Shown here piece after piece: positions 12,466 through 24,016 of a stretch of 64,000 nt of DNA; the first letter of the stretch is position 1; every line of letters starts with the position of its first letter. The DNA is from Candidatus Eiseniibacteriota bacterium. GTDB lineage: Bacteria; Eisenbacteria; RBG-16-71-46. The stretch is taken from assembly GCA_963707915.1 (NCBI GenBank), contig OY970178.1, positions 1,856,001 through 1,920,000 of the forward strand, in the 5' to 3' direction. The notes below the pieces were generated by a model. That model ran no database searches. It had not been told where the DNA came from and saw nothing but the letters and a program-made list of their open reading frames with translations. Position numbers and translations under genes: made by a program.

Positions 12466-15400
12466 GCGGCCTCCTGCTGCGGCTCGGCGTCCGCCGCCGG
12501 CCCATCCGGCCGCCCCGTCGACTCGGCGGACACCTGCAGGTGCCAGTCGATGATGTGCGGCAGCAGCTGCGGGTTCTCGTGCACCGAGGACTTCGGCAGC
12601 ACGTCGAGCACGAGCCCCTCGCCGAGCAGGCGGCGCTCGTCCTCGTTGCGTGCCTCGGGGAAGTTCGTGAGCACGAGCACCGGCAGGTCCGGGGCGAGCC
12701 CGGCGAGCGTCATCTCGCGCAGCACGTCGTAGCCGCTGACCTCCGGCATCATCAGGTCGAGCAGCAGCAGGTCGAAGCCGCGGGGCTGCGTGCGCAGCAC
12801 GTGCAGGCATTCCTCGCCGTTCGCGGCCATCTCGATGTGGTAGCGGCTCTCGGGCAGGACCTTGCGGATGTAGGCGCCCACGGCCGGATCGTCATCGGCC
12901 ATCAACAGCCGCACGACGCGTCCATCTGTCGCGCCGATCAGCTCCCCGATCCGCTCGACCAGCACGCTCCCCTCCACCGGCTTCATCAGGTGCGCGGGCT
13001 GCCGCGCGAAGGCGGTGGCCTTGAGCTTCTCGGTCAGCTCGCCCGCGAACCCGGTGACGAACACCAGCGGGATGTGCCGCGTCTTCGAGTCGGCGGTCAG
13101 GCGCTCGGCCAGGTCCCAGCCGGTGCGCAGGCTGGCGTTCTCGCCGCAGGTCAACGCGTAGTCCAGGATGATGACCGACGGCCTCAGCCGCCGCGCCAGC
13201 ACCCAGCCGACCTCGGCGTTACGGGCCTCGACCGAGCGGTAGCCGTGCTTGTGGAGGACCGCGCTGAGGAAGTTGCGGAACACCGCGTCGTCCTCGACCA
13301 CCAGCACGAGCGGGCCGCCGACCGGGCCTTCGATCCGGTCGTCGTGGTCGCCCTCGGAGGGCCGCTCCTCCTCCTCGTCGTTCCAGACCGGCAGCGAGAA
13401 GTACATGCGAGCCCCGTGGCCGGGGCCCTCGCTCTGCACGCCGATGATGCCGCCCATCAACTCGACCAGGCTGCGCGTGATCGCCAGCCCCAGGCCGGTG
13501 CCGCCGTACTTGCGGGTCGTGCTGCCGTCCGCCTGCGTGAACTTCTCGAAGATGGCCTTCTGGCGGTCGGCGGGGATGCCGATGCCGGTGTCCACGACCT
13601 CGAACATGCAGTGGCCGAGCTCCACGTGCGGCACGGCGCGCACCGTGACCGAGCCCTTGGGCGTGAACTTGAGGCTGTTCCCCACCAGGTTGATGAGGAT
13701 CTGCTTGATCTTCCCGAAGTCGCCGCGCGCGCGGAAGTCGTTCTCCTGCGGCGGCTCGAACGCCAGCCGGATGCCCTTCTGCGCGGCCTGGACGTGGGTC
13801 AGGGTGTAGACCTCGTCGAACACCGCGCTGACGTCCACCGGCGTGATCTCGAGGCTGAGCTTGCCGGCCTCGATCTTCGCGATGTCCAGCACGTCGTTGA
13901 TGAGCCCGAGCAGGTGCCGCGAGCACTCCAGCGCCTGGCGCTGGAAGTCGCGCTCCTCCTCGGGGGAATCGCACATGCCGTCCAGCACGAGCTGGAGGAA
14001 CCCGATCATCCCGTTGAGCGGGGTGCGCAGCTCGTGGGAGGTGTTCGCGAGGAACTCGCTCTTGAGCCGCGACGCTTCCTCGAGCTGGGCGTTCAGCTCC
14101 TCGAGCCGGCGGTTGCTGGTCTCGAGGCTCCGGGCGGCCTCCTCGATGCGCCGCTCGTCCTCGACCCGCCGGCTGATGTCCCGCACGATGGCGGAGTAGA
14201 GGAAGTCCTCGCCCTCGCCCGAGCTGCCCAGGGCGAACTCCACCGGGCAGGTGTCCCCGTCGATCCGCATCGCCTCGGCCCGGACCACCTCGCCGATGAC
14301 GGGCAGGCCGGTCGTCGGCCGTCCGTCCTCGCTCCACGACAGGAACCGGTGGAGGGGCCGCCCCTCCATCTCGGCGGCCGGCCGGCCGAACAGCGCCTCG
14401 GCCGCCCGGTTCACCGTGCGCACCAGGCCGCCGCGGTCGAAGGTGACGATGGTGTCGAAGGCGGTGTCGAACACCGCCCGCACGCGTTCGGCGTGGCGCT
14501 GCGTGACCTCCAGCTCGCGCCGCGCCAGCCCCGACTGGTACTGGCGGCGCCAGAACCATAGCGCGCCCGCGCTGAGGACCAGCAGGGCGAGGTCGAAGGC
14601 CAGCAGCCCGTAGAGCGTGACTCCCATGCCCTGCACGAGGTCGCTCCGGTCGACCTGCCCGACGATCCCCCAGCCCAGGTCGGGCATGAAGCGCGTGACC
14701 ACCGCCTTCGGACTCCCCTGCCGGTCGGGCAGGATGAGGGCGGACTCGACACCCTCCACCGCCATCGCGGCGGGGCGGACGAAACGGGCCGATTCCGCGA
14801 CCCGTTCGCCGGCCCGCAGGCCGTAGCTTTCCGGCGGCGCGGTCAGGAACTGCACCGCGCGGCCCTGCTTCCGCACGAGGTACGCGCCCGCGGTGGGGCC
14901 GAATCCCGGCCAGCGTTCCAGCACCGGCAGGAGCGCCTGGCTCGCGTTGAGCTCGAACGCCACGACGGCCACCACGTCGGCACCCGCGTCGCGGACCGGC
15001 AACGCGAGGGTCAGGGCCTGCTGTCCGGTGTCCTCCAGCCAGGCGTCGATGACGACGGGCTCGGTGGTCGCCACGATCTGCCGGGCGAGCCCGGCGAAGC
15101 GCTGGCCCCCTTCGCGGGCCTCCTCGCTGGGCAGGAGCCAGCGGCCGCGGGGATCGAGCACCTCGATGGCGTGGAACCCGAAGAGCGTCTCGGCGCGGTC
15201 GAGCTCCCGGCGCAACGCGGCCCGCTGGGCCGGCGACGCGCCGCGCGGCAGGGCGAGCAGTGCCGCCCGGTTCCCGGGCTGCTCCAGGACCGACCGCGCC
15301 TCGCTGGTGAAGCGCGCGACCAGGTCGTGGACCTGGTCACGCCGCATTTCGGTGTTGATGGTGAGCTGGTCCCAGCGCTGGCGGACCAGGTGCCCCTGCG

Positions 15401-15611
15401 CGCTCTGGTAGATGCCGACATTGAGCACGACCACGGCGAGCACCGCCAGGACCGCGAGCCCCGCGGCGATGCGACGGGAGTCGCGCCGGCCGCGGGGATC
15501 CCCGCCGGGCACCGGGGCGGAGGCGTCTCCAGCGGTGAGCGCGAAGTCGAGGGGTGGCGACGCAGGCCGGCCCTCGGCCCACCTCCTTGTGCTCCGTCTC
15601 TCAGGATCCAT
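12462..15611 (-). CDS. Membrane hybrid histidine kinase (TM-Cache-like-TM-PAS-HisKA-HATPase-REC-REC)
   Basis: Two hydrophobic helices, FLANTSHELRTPLNG, NSLKFT, GGTGLGL, two receivers. Confidence 0.9.
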   Translation of the reverse strand: MDPERRSTRRWAEGRPASPPLDFALTAGDASAPVPGGDPRGRRDSRRIAAGLAVLAVLAVVVLNVGIYQSAQGHLVRQRWDQLTINTEMRRDQVHDLVARFTSEARSVLEQPGNRAALLALPRGASPAQRAALRRELDRAETLFGFHAIEVLDPRGRWLLPSEEAREGGQRFAGLARQIVATTEPVVIDAWLEDTGQQALTLALPVRDAGADVVAVVAFELNASQALLPVLERWPGFGPTAGAYLVRKQGRAVQFLTAPPESYGLRAGERVAESARFVRPAAMAVEGVESALILPDRQGSPKAVVTRFMPDLGWGIVGQVDRSDLVQGMGVTLYGLLAFDLALLVLSAGALWFWRRQYQSGLARRELEVTQRHAERVRAVFDTAFDTIVTFDRGGLVRTVNRAAEALFGRPAAEMEGRPLHRFLSWSEDGRPTTGLPVIGEVVRAEAMRIDGDTCPVEFALGSSGEGEDFLYSAIVRDISRRVEDERRIEEAARSLETSNRRLEELNAQLEEASRLKSEFLANTSHELRTPLNGMIGFLQLVLDGMCDSPEEERDFQRQALECSRHLLGLINDVLDIAKIEAGKLSLEITPVDVSAVFDEVYTLTHVQAAQKGIRLAFEPPQENDFRARGDFGKIKQILINLVGNSLKFTPKGSVTVRAVPHVELGHCMFEVVDTGIGIPADRQKAIFEKFTQADGSTTRKYGGTGLGLAITRSLVELMGGIIGVQSEGPGHGARMYFSLPVWNDEEEERPSEGDHDDRIEGPVGGPLVLVVEDDAVFRNFLSAVLHKHGYRSVEARNAEVGWVLARRLRPSVIILDYALTCGENASLRTGWDLAERLTADSKTRHIPLVFVTGFAGELTEKLKATAFARQPAHLMKPVEGSVLVERIGELIGATDGRVVRLLMADDDPAVGAYIRKVLPESRYHIEMAANGEECLHVLRTQPRGFDLLLLDLMMPEVSGYDVLREMTLAGLAPDLPVLVLTNFPEARNEDERRLLGEGLVLDVLPKSSVHENPQLLPHIIDWHLQVSAESTGRPDGPAADAEPQQEAA

Positions 15612-15648
15612 GTCTCACCAGGGTAAGGGGTTGGAAACCTCCTTACCG

Positions 15649-15676
15649 TCATCGGCCCGGACCCCCGCGGGCTTGA
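15649..15676 (-). promoter_or_regulatory. Sigma28 (FliA/WhiG)-type promoter of the kinase/regulator operon
   Basis: TCAAG-N15-GCCGATGA about 40 nt upstream of the ATG. Confidence 0.55.
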
Positions 15677-15796
15677 GTCGGAATCGGGGCCCCGGGCCGA
15701 CGGCGAGCGCTGGGACCGGCGCGCGCCGGCCGGCGCACGGGGCGGCAACCGGCTGGCGGGCAGCCGCTTGCCGTCCCGGCCGGGTGGCGCCGCCGC

Positions 15797-17668
15797 CTAC
15801 CCCCGCTGCCAGTACTTGGGGCGGTGGACCGCCTGCAACACGCGCTTGCGCATCCTCAGGCTGGTCGGCGTGACCTCGAGCAGTTCGTCCTCGCGGACCC
15901 ACTCGAGCGCGTCCTCGAGCGACTTCCGGTGCACCGGGAAGAGGTGCACGCTCTCGTCGGCGGTGGAGGAGCGCATGTTGGTGAGCTTCTTCTCCTTCAC
16001 GATGTTGACGTCGATGTCCTCCTCGCGCGGGTTCTCGCCCACGATCATCCCCTCGTAGACGCGCTCGCCGGGCTCGACGAACATCTCGCCCCGGTCCTGC
16101 ACGTGCTCCAGTGCGTAGGCCGTGACCTTGCCGGCGCGGTCGGAGACCAGCGCGCCGGTCACCCGGTGCGGGATCTCCCCCGCCCACGGCTCGTAGCCGT
16201 CGAACAGGTGGTTGAGCAGGCCCGTCCCGCGCGTGTCGGTGAGGAACTGGTTGCGGAAGCCGATGAGCCCGCGCGAGGGGATGTGGAACTCCAGGCGGAC
16301 GCGCCCGGTGCCGTGATTGACCATGTTGGTCATGCGGCCGCGGCGCGTCCCCATCTTCTGGGTCACCACGCCGATGTACTCCTCCGGGCAGTCGATGACC
16401 AGCTTCTCGAAGGGCTCGTGGCGCGCGCCGTCGATCTCGCGCGTGATGACCTCGGGCTTGCTCGCCGCCAGCTCGAAGCCCTCCCGCCGCATCATCTCGA
16501 TGAGGATGGCCATCTGGAACTCGCCCCGCCCCGACACCTTGAAGGAGTCCGGCGTGTCGGTCGGCTCGATCCGCAGGCTCACGTTGGTCAGCAGCTCCCG
16601 CTCGAGGCGCTCCTTGAGGTTGCGCGAGGTGACGTAGCGGCCCTCCTGGCCCGCGAACGGCGAGGTGTTGACCTGGAACATCATGCTCACCGTGGGCTCG
16701 TCGATGACGACGTGCGGCAGCGGCCGCGGGTTCTCGGCGTCGGTGATGGTCTCGCCGATGTTGACCACGGAGAATCCCGCCAGCGCCACGATGTCCCCCG
16801 GCCCCGCCGTCTCGACCTCGGTCCGCTCGAGGCCCTCGTAGACATAGAGATTCGTCACCCGGGCCCGCTCGGCCTGCCCGTCCAGCCGCACCAGCGCCAC
16901 GTCCTGGCGCGCCGACACGGTCCCGTTCACGATGCGGCCGATGGCCAGGCGCCCGACGTAGTCGGAGTAGTCGAGGTTCAGCACGAGCATCTGCAACGGC
17001 GCCTCGGGCTCGTAGTTCGGCGCCGGGATGGTGCGCATGATCTCCTCGAACAGCGGCTTCAGCGGGAGGTCCTCGCCGTCCGGCTTGAGCCGGCAGATGC
17101 CGTCGCGGGCGATGGTGTAGAGCACCGGGAAGTCGAGCTGGTCCTCGGCGGCGTCGAGGTCGATGAACAGGTCGTAGACCTCGCTCAGCACCTCGTTCGG
17201 GCGCGCGTCCTTGCGGTCGATCTTGTTGATGACCACGATCGGCGGCAGCCCCAGCTCGAGGGCCTTGCGCAGCACGAAGCGCGTCTGCGGCAGCGGGCCC
17301 TCGCTGGCGTCCACCAGCAGCAGCACGCCGTCGACCATCTTGAGCGTGCGCTCCACCTCGCCGCCGAAGTCGGCGTGCCCCGGCGTGTCCACGATGTTGA
17401 TCTTGGTGGACCCGAAACGCACGGCGGTGTTCTTCGCCAGGATGGTGATGCCGCGTTCGCGCTCGAGGTCGTTCGAGTCCATCACCCGCTCCACGACCTC
17501 CTCGTTCTCGCGGAACACACCGCTCTGCCAGAGCATGGCGTCCACCAGCGTGGTCTTGCCGTGGTCCACGTGGGCGATGATGGCGATGTTGCGCAGGTCC
17601 TGGCGCACGGCGAGGCCGGCCACCGGGGTCTTGCCGCGCGCGTCGCGCGGCTTCACAGGCTTGGTCAT
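15797..17668 (-). CDS. typA: Translational GTPase TypA/BipA
   Basis: [52 protein letters not shown]. Confidence 0.97.
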   Translation of the reverse strand: MTKPVKPRDARGKTPVAGLAVRQDLRNIAIIAHVDHGKTTLVDAMLWQSGVFRENEEVVERVMDSNDLERERGITILAKNTAVRFGSTKINIVDTPGHADFGGEVERTLKMVDGVLLLVDASEGPLPQTRFVLRKALELGLPPIVVINKIDRKDARPNEVLSEVYDLFIDLDAAEDQLDFPVLYTIARDGICRLKPDGEDLPLKPLFEEIMRTIPAPNYEPEAPLQMLVLNLDYSDYVGRLAIGRIVNGTVSARQDVALVRLDGQAERARVTNLYVYEGLERTEVETAGPGDIVALAGFSVVNIGETITDAENPRPLPHVVIDEPTVSMMFQVNTSPFAGQEGRYVTSRNLKERLERELLTNVSLRIEPTDTPDSFKVSGRGEFQMAILIEMMRREGFELAASKPEVITREIDGARHEPFEKLVIDCPEEYIGVVTQKMGTRRGRMTNMVNHGTGRVRLEFHIPSRGLIGFRNQFLTDTRGTGLLNHLFDGYEPWAGEIPHRVTGALVSDRAGKVTAYALEHVQDRGEMFVEPGERVYEGMIVGENPREEDIDVNIVKEKKLTNMRSSTADESVHLFPVHRKSLEDALEWVREDELLEVTPTSLRMRKRVLQAVHRPKYWQRG

Positions 17669-18966
17669 CGTGACCCCTTGGAGGGGAGCGCCGCAGGCGG
17701 CCTCCCGAGGAAGCCGAAGAGCGCGTCCCAGTAGCCGGCGCGCCCGTCGAGGGAATCGTAGGAGTAGAGCGCGAGCGTGCGGTAACCGAGCTCGATCGCG
17801 CCCTTGATCTTCGCGGCGGTCGCCGCGGCGCTGGAATTGAAGACGGCGATCCCCGGCACGACGCGCTCCGTGCCGGGATCGGAGGAATAGGCCAGCATCT
17901 GCGCGAGCACGGTCTGCACCCCGGGCGCGTAGCACATCACGAACGCGCGATCGAGCAGGCCCTCGCGCACCCAGGCGCGCCAATCCTGGGCGTGTCCGCG
18001 CTCCGCCGAGACCGTGTCCGCCAGCACCGCGGCGCTGAGCGCGAGGCCCGGGCGGCTGCGCTCGAGCGAGTCGCGCACCCCGCGCACGACGGCCGTGATC
18101 TGCGCGCGCTGGAACGCCGTCCAGGCCGAGTCGAGCGCCGCGCGCCGGGCCGGCGCCTCCCGCCCGAAGCGCGCCGGGTCGGCACCCTGCTCGAGCGCGA
18201 AGATCGCGCGGGCGTTCGCGTCGAGCCCGGCGAAGGCGCCGGGCTCCCGGATGTAGTCGAGGTGGATCCCGTCCACGGCGTAGCGCGTGGCGATCTCACG
18301 CGCGATCGAGGCGATCCAGGCACGCACCGCAGGGCGCGTCGGGCTCAGGTAGACGCCCTCGACCCCCAGCCGGGCGCGCTCCCGCGCGCTCAGCCGGGTC
18401 ATCGGACGGCCGTCGGGCAGGTGCGCCACCCAGTCGGGGTGCGCGTTCAGCACGTGCCGCGGGTCGCGCGGCGGGGCGGGCGCCGACCATACCAGCACGC
18501 AGTTCATCCAGGCGTGGACCTCGAGGCCGGCCGCGTGCGCCCGCTCCAGCACGAGCGCGAGCGGATCGAAGTCCGACCGGTCCAGCGCCTCGGAGCGCGG
18601 CAGCAGGTCGGAGCGGTAGAAGGCGTCGCCGCGACCCACGACCTGCACCAGGAGCCCGCGCACGCCGGCCGCGCTGGCGCGCGTCACCAGGCGCCCGATG
18701 GCGGCGCTGTCGAGCAGCGCGGAGCGCGTGACCCAGAGGTAGTCCACCCACGGGGCGCGCCGGACGACGGAGTCGGCAGCGGCCACCGCGTCCCCCGGCG
18801 AGACCGGGTCGGCGCCGGGCGCGGAGGACGCCACCGTGTCGGGGGTGCTCGCGGCGCCGGTGCGCGGCGTCACGACCACCGCGCCGTCCCCCGGCGGGCC
18901 GGCGGCCGCGCCGGCGGTCACGCCGGCGAGGTCCAGGGCGAGGGCCAGGGCAAGGAGCGGGAACAT
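17665..18966 (-). CDS. Exported glycosyl hydrolase-like 10 family protein (YddW/DigH-like)
   Basis: Signal peptide, [32 protein letters not shown]; start approximate. Confidence 0.75.
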   Translation of the reverse strand: MFPLLALALALDLAGVTAGAAAGPPGDGAVVVTPRTGAASTPDTVASSAPGADPVSPGDAVAAADSVVRRAPWVDYLWVTRSALLDSAAIGRLVTRASAAGVRGLLVQVVGRGDAFYRSDLLPRSEALDRSDFDPLALVLERAHAAGLEVHAWMNCVLVWSAPAPPRDPRHVLNAHPDWVAHLPDGRPMTRLSARERARLGVEGVYLSPTRPAVRAWIASIAREIATRYAVDGIHLDYIREPGAFAGLDANARAIFALEQGADPARFGREAPARRAALDSAWTAFQRAQITAVVRGVRDSLERSRPGLALSAAVLADTVSAERGHAQDWRAWVREGLLDRAFVMCYAPGVQTVLAQMLAYSSDPGTERVVPGIAVFNSSAAATAAKIKGAIELGYRTLALYSYDSLDGRAGYWDALFGFLGRPPAALPSKGSR

Positions 18967-19066
18967 GGATCGCGGGGATCGCGGAGCGCCGTCGCGGCCG
19001 GCGCGCGAACGCGGGCGGATGGGAACTCCTCCGCCCGCGCGCTCCAGCCTCGGGATGCGGGCGGCG

Positions 19067-19642
19067 CTATCCGGTCTTGACCCCGGTGCGCGTGCGCTTC
19101 TTCGCCGGGGCCACGGGAGCGCCTTCTTCGCGACGCCGTCCGCCCCGCTTGGTCTTCTCCTCGGCACTCGCTTCCTCGTCCTTGTCCTCGGCCTTCTTCG
19201 TCTTCTTCTTCTCGCCGCCCTTGAGGGCCTTCTCCCGGGCCTCCGCCGCGGCGATGCGATCCTTGCGCTCCGTCTCCTTCTGCTCGGTGGTCTTCACCAG
19301 CTCGAGGTAGGCGGTCTCACCGGCGTCGCCCAGCCGACGGCCGATCCGCACGATGCGCGTGTAGCCGCCCTGGCGCTCCTCGTACCAGGGCGCGATCGTG
19401 GCGAACAGCTTCGCGGTGACCGCGGGCCGCATCACGAAACGCGCGACGTGACGGCGCGCCGCCAGGTCGCCGCGCTTGGCGAAGGTGATCAGGCGCTCGG
19501 CCAGCCGCCGCGATTCCTTGGCCTTCGCGACGGTGGTCTCGATGCGCTCGTACTGGAACAACGCCGTGACGAGGTTGCGCAGCACCGCGCGCCGGTGGGA
19601 CGCCGTGCGGCTCAGCTTGCGATGGTCTTTACGGTGTCGCAT
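19067..19642 (-). CDS. rplQ: 50S ribosomal protein L17 with charged C-terminal extension
   Basis: MRHRK...LSRTASHRRA...GGYTRI. Confidence 0.97.
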   Translation of the reverse strand: MRHRKDHRKLSRTASHRRAVLRNLVTALFQYERIETTVAKAKESRRLAERLITFAKRGDLAARRHVARFVMRPAVTAKLFATIAPWYEERQGGYTRIVRIGRRLGDAGETAYLELVKTTEQKETERKDRIAAAEAREKALKGGEKKKTKKAEDKDEEASAEEKTKRGGRRREEGAPVAPAKKRTRTGVKTG

Positions 19643-19698
19643 GTCAGTCCGATTCCCTTTCGACCGGCCGCGCCGGCCGCGTCATCCCGCAGGCCCGG

Positions 19699-20694
19699 TC
19701 AGCCCTCGACTGTCGTCGGCGTCTTGTGCTGATAGTACGGGGTCACGTCCATGCCGAAGGACAGCCCGCTCTCGGCCAGCAGGTCCTGGATCTCCTTCAG
19801 GGACTTGCGGCCGAAGTTGCGGTACTTGAGCATCTCCGATTCGGTCTTCTGGACCAGGTCCCCGATGGACTTGATCTCGGCAGCGCGCAAGCAGTTGCTC
19901 GAGCGCACCGACAACTCCAATTCCTCGACGTTCTTGTTCAGCTGGGTGAGCATGCGGGCGACCTGCGGATCGTCCGGCTCGTCACCCTCCATCTCGATCG
20001 GCTCCTCGAAGCGGATGAACATGTCGAAGTGGTCCCGCAGCAGCTTCGCCGCCCAGGCGACCGCGTCCGCCGGAAGGATGCCCTGGTCGGTCCACACCTC
20101 GAGGGTCAGCTTGTCGTAGTCGATACGCTGCCCGACGCGCGTGGCCTCGACCTGGTAGTTCACCTTGGTGACCGGCGAGAACAGCGAATCGATCGGGATC
20201 ACGCCGATGGGCCGGTCCGCCTGGGAGTGCGAATCGGCGGAAGCGTAGCCGCGGCCGCCGTTCAGGTCCACTTCCATGCGCAGATCGCCGTCCCGGTTCA
20301 GGGTGGCGATGTGGAGGTCGGGATTGAGGATCTCGACGTCCGCGTCCGCCTTCATGTCGGAGGCCTTCACGTCGCGCTTGCCGCTCACCTCGAAGATGCC
20401 CTTCTTCGGGCCGTCCCCGTGGAGCTTCAGGCGCACCTGCTTGAGGTTGAGGATGATCTCCGTCACGTCCTCGATCACGCCGGGCAGGGTCGAGAACTCG
20501 TGGAGCACGCCCTCGATGCGCACGGCGGTGATCGCCGCGCCCTGCAGGGACGAGAGCAGCACACGCCGGAGGGAATTGCCCAGCGTGATCCCGAACCCCC
20601 GCTCCAGCGGCTCGATGACGAACTTTCCGTACCCGGTAGTATTGCCGGGATCCGCGACCACCTGTTTCGGCATGGTCAGATTCTTCCACTTCAT
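19699..20694 (-). CDS. rpoA: RNA polymerase alpha subunit
   Basis: [38 protein letters not shown]. Confidence 0.98.
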   Translation of the reverse strand: MKWKNLTMPKQVVADPGNTTGYGKFVIEPLERGFGITLGNSLRRVLLSSLQGAAITAVRIEGVLHEFSTLPGVIEDVTEIILNLKQVRLKLHGDGPKKGIFEVSGKRDVKASDMKADADVEILNPDLHIATLNRDGDLRMEVDLNGGRGYASADSHSQADRPIGVIPIDSLFSPVTKVNYQVEATRVGQRIDYDKLTLEVWTDQGILPADAVAWAAKLLRDHFDMFIRFEEPIEMEGDEPDDPQVARMLTQLNKNVEELELSVRSSNCLRAAEIKSIGDLVQKTESEMLKYRNFGRKSLKEIQDLLAESGLSFGMDVTPYYQHKTPTTVEG

Positions 20695-20724
20695 CAGGGA
20701 GCCCCCCAGAGGAGAAGGCGTGGG

Positions 20725-21354
20725 CTACTTCGAGTAGAGCTCGACGATGAGCTGCTCGTTGACCGGCGCGGCGATGGCCCCGCGCGAAGGAACGTTGAGA
20801 ATACGGCCCGCCAGCCGCTCGGGGCTCAGCTCGAGCCACTCGGGCGCCGTCTGGCCCTTGCGCGCCTCGAGCGCGTTGACGATGACCGACAGCTTGCGGC
20901 TCTTCTCGCGCACCACGACCTCGTCGCCCGGCTTCACCAGGAACGAGGGGATGTCCACCTTGCGGCCGTTCACCGTCAGGTGGCCGTGACGCACGAGCTG
21001 CCGCGCCTGGCTGCGGTTGGACGCGAAACCGATGCGGTAGACGACGTTGTCGAGACGGCGCTCGAGCATCTGGAGCAGCACTTCGCCGGTGACGCCCTTG
21101 GACTCCGCCGCCTTCTCGAAGTAGTTGCGGAACTGGCGCTCGAGCACCCCGTACATGCGGCGCACCTTCTGCTTCTCGCGCAGCTGCACGCCGTAGTTCG
21201 TCTCCTTGATCCTGCGGGTCTTGCCGTGCTCGCCGGGCGCGTACGAGCGGCGTTCGATCGCACACTTGTCGGTGTAGCAGCGGGCGCCCTTGATGAAGAG
21301 CTTCATGCCCGCACGCCGGCACATGCGGCAGCGTGCACCTTGGTAGACTGCCAT
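20725..21354 (-). CDS. rpsD: 30S ribosomal protein S4
   Basis: [24 protein letters not shown]. Confidence 0.98.
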   Translation of the reverse strand: MAVYQGARCRMCRRAGMKLFIKGARCYTDKCAIERRSYAPGEHGKTRRIKETNYGVQLREKQKVRRMYGVLERQFRNYFEKAAESKGVTGEVLLQMLERRLDNVVYRIGFASNRSQARQLVRHGHLTVNGRKVDIPSFLVKPGDEVVVREKSRKLSVIVNALEARKGQTAPEWLELSPERLAGRILNVPSRGAIAAPVNEQLIVELYSK

Positions 21355-21363
21355 GTCGCTCTC

Positions 21364-21750
21364 CTAGACCCGGCGCCGCTTGGGCGGGCGGCAGCCGTTG
21401 TGCGGGATGGGGGTGACGTCCTTGATGGCCGAGATCTCGAGCCCCGCCGCCTGCAGCGAACGGACGGCCGCCTCGCGCCCCGCGCCGGGACCCTTCACCC
21501 AGACCTCGACGCGCTTCATGCCGAGATTGAGGGCTTCGCGCGCGCTGGCTTCCGCGGCCACCTGGGCCGCGAACGGGGTGCTCTTCCGCGAACCCTTGAA
21601 GCCGACCTTGCCCGCGCTGCCCCAGGTGACCACGGCACCATCCATGTCCGTGATGGTGATGATCGTGTTGTTGAAGCTCGCCTGCACGTGGGCCACCCCG
21701 TTGGTGCCCACCTTGCGGTCGCGCTTCTTCGTCTTCTTGACCTCAGCCAC
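21364..21750 (-). CDS. rpsK: 30S ribosomal protein S11
   Basis: [32 protein letters not shown]. Confidence 0.98.
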   Translation of the reverse strand: MAEVKKTKKRDRKVGTNGVAHVQASFNNTIITITDMDGAVVTWGSAGKVGFKGSRKSTPFAAQVAAEASAREALNLGMKRVEVWVKGPGAGREAAVRSLQAAGLEISAIKDVTPIPHNGCRPPKRRRV

Positions 21751-21768
21751 TCGGTACCTCCTGGACGG

Positions 21769-22164
21769 TTACTTCTTGGGCGCGGGCTTGGCGACGGTGC
21801 GCTTCATCACGCCGGCGGTCTTCTTCGGGCCCTTGCGGGTGCGCGCGTTGGTCTTGGTGCGCTGACCGCGCACCGGCAGTCCCCGGCGGTGTCGCAGGCC
21901 CCGGTAGGCCCCGATGTCCATCAGACGCTTGATGTTCATCGCCATCTCGCTGCGCAGCGCACCCTCGACCTTGTACTCGCGCTCGATGATGTTGCGCAGC
22001 TTACCGGTGTCCTCATCGGTCAGGTTCTTCACCCGGATGGAGCCCGAGACGCCGGCCGTGTCCAGGATCTTGCGCGCGGTCGCGCGACCGATGCCGTAGA
22101 CGTAGGTCAGCGCGATCTCGATCCGCTTGTCGTTCGGCAGATCAACGCCGGCAATGCGTGCCAC
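21769..22164 (-). CDS. rpsM: 30S ribosomal protein S13
   Basis: [24 protein letters not shown]. Confidence 0.98.
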   Translation of the reverse strand: MARIAGVDLPNDKRIEIALTYVYGIGRATARKILDTAGVSGSIRVKNLTDEDTGKLRNIIEREYKVEGALRSEMAMNIKRLMDIGAYRGLRHRRGLPVRGQRTKTNARTRKGPKKTAGVMKRTVAKPAPKK

Positions 22165-22179
22165 GAAACGCCTCCTTCG

Positions 22180-22296
22180 CTACTTCTGACGCTGCTTGTG
22201 CCGCGGATTGCGCTTGCAGATCACGCGGATCACGCCCTCGCGACGCACCACTTTGCAGTGCTCGCAGATCTTCTTCACTGAAGTACGAACCTTCAT
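22180..22296 (-). CDS. rpmJ: 50S ribosomal protein L36
   Basis: Manual translation [38 protein letters not shown]. Confidence 0.97.
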   Translation of the reverse strand: MKVRTSVKKICEHCKVVRREGVIRVICKRNPRHKQRQK

Positions 22297-22355
22297 CGCC
22301 ATGCCTCCGGCAGGCCACCCAGGGTGCAGGCGACCTGCGACCGGTGCCGCCCCGC

Positions 22356-22574
22356 CTACTTGTAGCGGTACACGATCCGGCCGCGCGTCAGATCGTACGG
22401 CGACAGCTCGATCGTGACCTTGTCGCCCGGCAGGATCTTGATGAAATGCATCCGCATCTTGCCCGAGATGTGGGCCAGCACCTTGTGACCGTTCTCCAGT
22501 TCCACCCGGAACATGGCGTTCGGCAGCGGCTCGATCACGGTGCCTTCGACCTGGATGCCTTCCTCTTTCGCCAA
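22356..22574 (-). CDS. infA: Translation initiation factor IF-1
   Basis: [14 protein letters not shown]...[10 protein letters not shown]. Confidence 0.98.
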   Translation of the reverse strand: MAKEEGIQVEGTVIEPLPNAMFRVELENGHKVLAHISGKMRMHFIKILPGDKVTIELSPYDLTRGRIVYRYK

Positions 22575-22586
22575 GAGCTCCCCTCG

Positions 22587-23342
22587 CTACTCTCCTTCGG
22601 CCACCGAGAGGATCTCGGGGCCGTTCGGACCCAAAGCCACGGTGTGTTCGAAGTGGGCGCTGAGGCTGCCGTCCTTCGTCACCACCGTCCAGCCATCCGG
22701 CTGGGTGACCACTTCCGGTCCACCGACGTTCACCATCGGTTCGATGGCGAGCACCTGCCCGATCATCAGCCGAGGTCCACGGTCGGGCGGCCCGTAGTTC
22801 GGCACCTGCGGCTCCTCGTGCATCTCGCGTCCGATGCCGTGCCCCACCAGCGCGCGCACGATCGAGAAGCCGTGGTGCTCGACGTGCGTCTGGATCGCGT
22901 GGGAGATGTCCCCCACACGGTTCCCGCCCCGGGCCCGCGCGACCCCTTCCAGCAGGGCCTCGCGCGTCACCTGCATCAGGCGCTTCACCTCCGCGCTCGC
23001 CTCCCCCACCGCGAAGGTGCGGGCCGAGTCGCCGTAGTACCCGTTCATCTCCACGCCCACGTCCACCCCGATCATGTCGCCGTCTTCCAGGCGCCGCGGT
23101 CCGGGGATCGCGTGGACCACCTCTTCGTTCACCGACGGGCAGATGCTCGCCGGGAACCCGCGGTAGCCCTTGAACGCCGGCCGTCCGCCGTGGTCCCGGA
23201 TGAACGTCTCCGCCAGCCGGTCCAGCGCGGCGGTGGTCACGCCCGGCCGGATCTCCCGGCCCAGCATGTCGAGTGTCCGCGCCACGAGCTGGGCCGAAAC
23301 GCGGATGGCCTCGATCTCCCGCCGATCCCTCAGGTATACCAT
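22587..23342 (-). CDS. map: Methionine aminopeptidase type I
   Basis: [27 protein letters not shown]. Confidence 0.96.
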   Translation of the reverse strand: MVYLRDRREIEAIRVSAQLVARTLDMLGREIRPGVTTAALDRLAETFIRDHGGRPAFKGYRGFPASICPSVNEEVVHAIPGPRRLEDGDMIGVDVGVEMNGYYGDSARTFAVGEASAEVKRLMQVTREALLEGVARARGGNRVGDISHAIQTHVEHHGFSIVRALVGHGIGREMHEEPQVPNYGPPDRGPRLMIGQVLAIEPMVNVGGPEVVTQPDGWTVVTKDGSLSAHFEHTVALGPNGPEILSVAEGE

Positions 23343-23343
23343 C

Positions 23344-24015
23344 TCAGCTCGGCTGGGGCGTCCGCGAGTCGCAGCCCGCTTCCCGCCGCAGCGTCTCGAA
23401 CACCTCGTCCACCGTGCCCATGCCGGCCACCGGGCGCAGCCGACCGCCGCCCGCGTAGTAGTCCGCCAGGGGCGCGGTCTTGGCCCGGAACTCCGCGAAC
23501 CGCCGCCGCACCGCCTCTTCGCTGTCGTCCGGCCGCTGCAGCAGCTCCGCGTCCGGATGGTCGTCGCAGTGACGTCCGTCCCGCGCCGGCGCACCCTCCG
23601 GGTTGTAGGCCCGCTTGCACACCGGGCACTCGCGCCGCCCCTGCAGCCGCCGGACCAGCTCGTCCTCGTTCACCGTGAGCGAGAGCACCGCGTCGATCCG
23701 CTGCCCCCGCTCCGCCAGCATCGCGTCCAGCGCCTCCGCCTGCGGCACGGTGCGCGGGAACCCGTCCAGCACGAATCCTTCGCGGGCGTCCGGCTCGGCC
23801 GTGCGATCGCGCACCAGGCCGATCATCACCTCGTCGTCCACCAGCCGCCCCGAGTCCATCTGCCGCCGCGCCTCGAGACCGAGCGTCGTGCCGCGCGCCA
23901 CCGCCTCGCGGAGGATCTCCCCCGTCGAGATCAGCGCACAGCCGCACGCGGCCGCCAACCGGCGTCCCTGCGTGCCCTTGCCGACGCCCGGAGCCCCGAG
24001 CATGACGAGGCGCAC
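23344..24015 (-). CDS. adk: Adenylate kinase
   Basis: GAPGVGKGTQ, LDGFPRT, QRPDD. Confidence 0.96.
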   Translation of the reverse strand: MRLVMLGAPGVGKGTQGRRLAAACGCALISTGEILREAVARGTTLGLEARRQMDSGRLVDDEVMIGLVRDRTAEPDAREGFVLDGFPRTVPQAEALDAMLAERGQRIDAVLSLTVNEDELVRRLQGRRECPVCKRAYNPEGAPARDGRHCDDHPDAELLQRPDDSEEAVRRRFAEFRAKTAPLADYYAGGGRLRPVAGMGTVDEVFETLRREAGCDSRTPQPS

Positions 24016-24016
24016 G

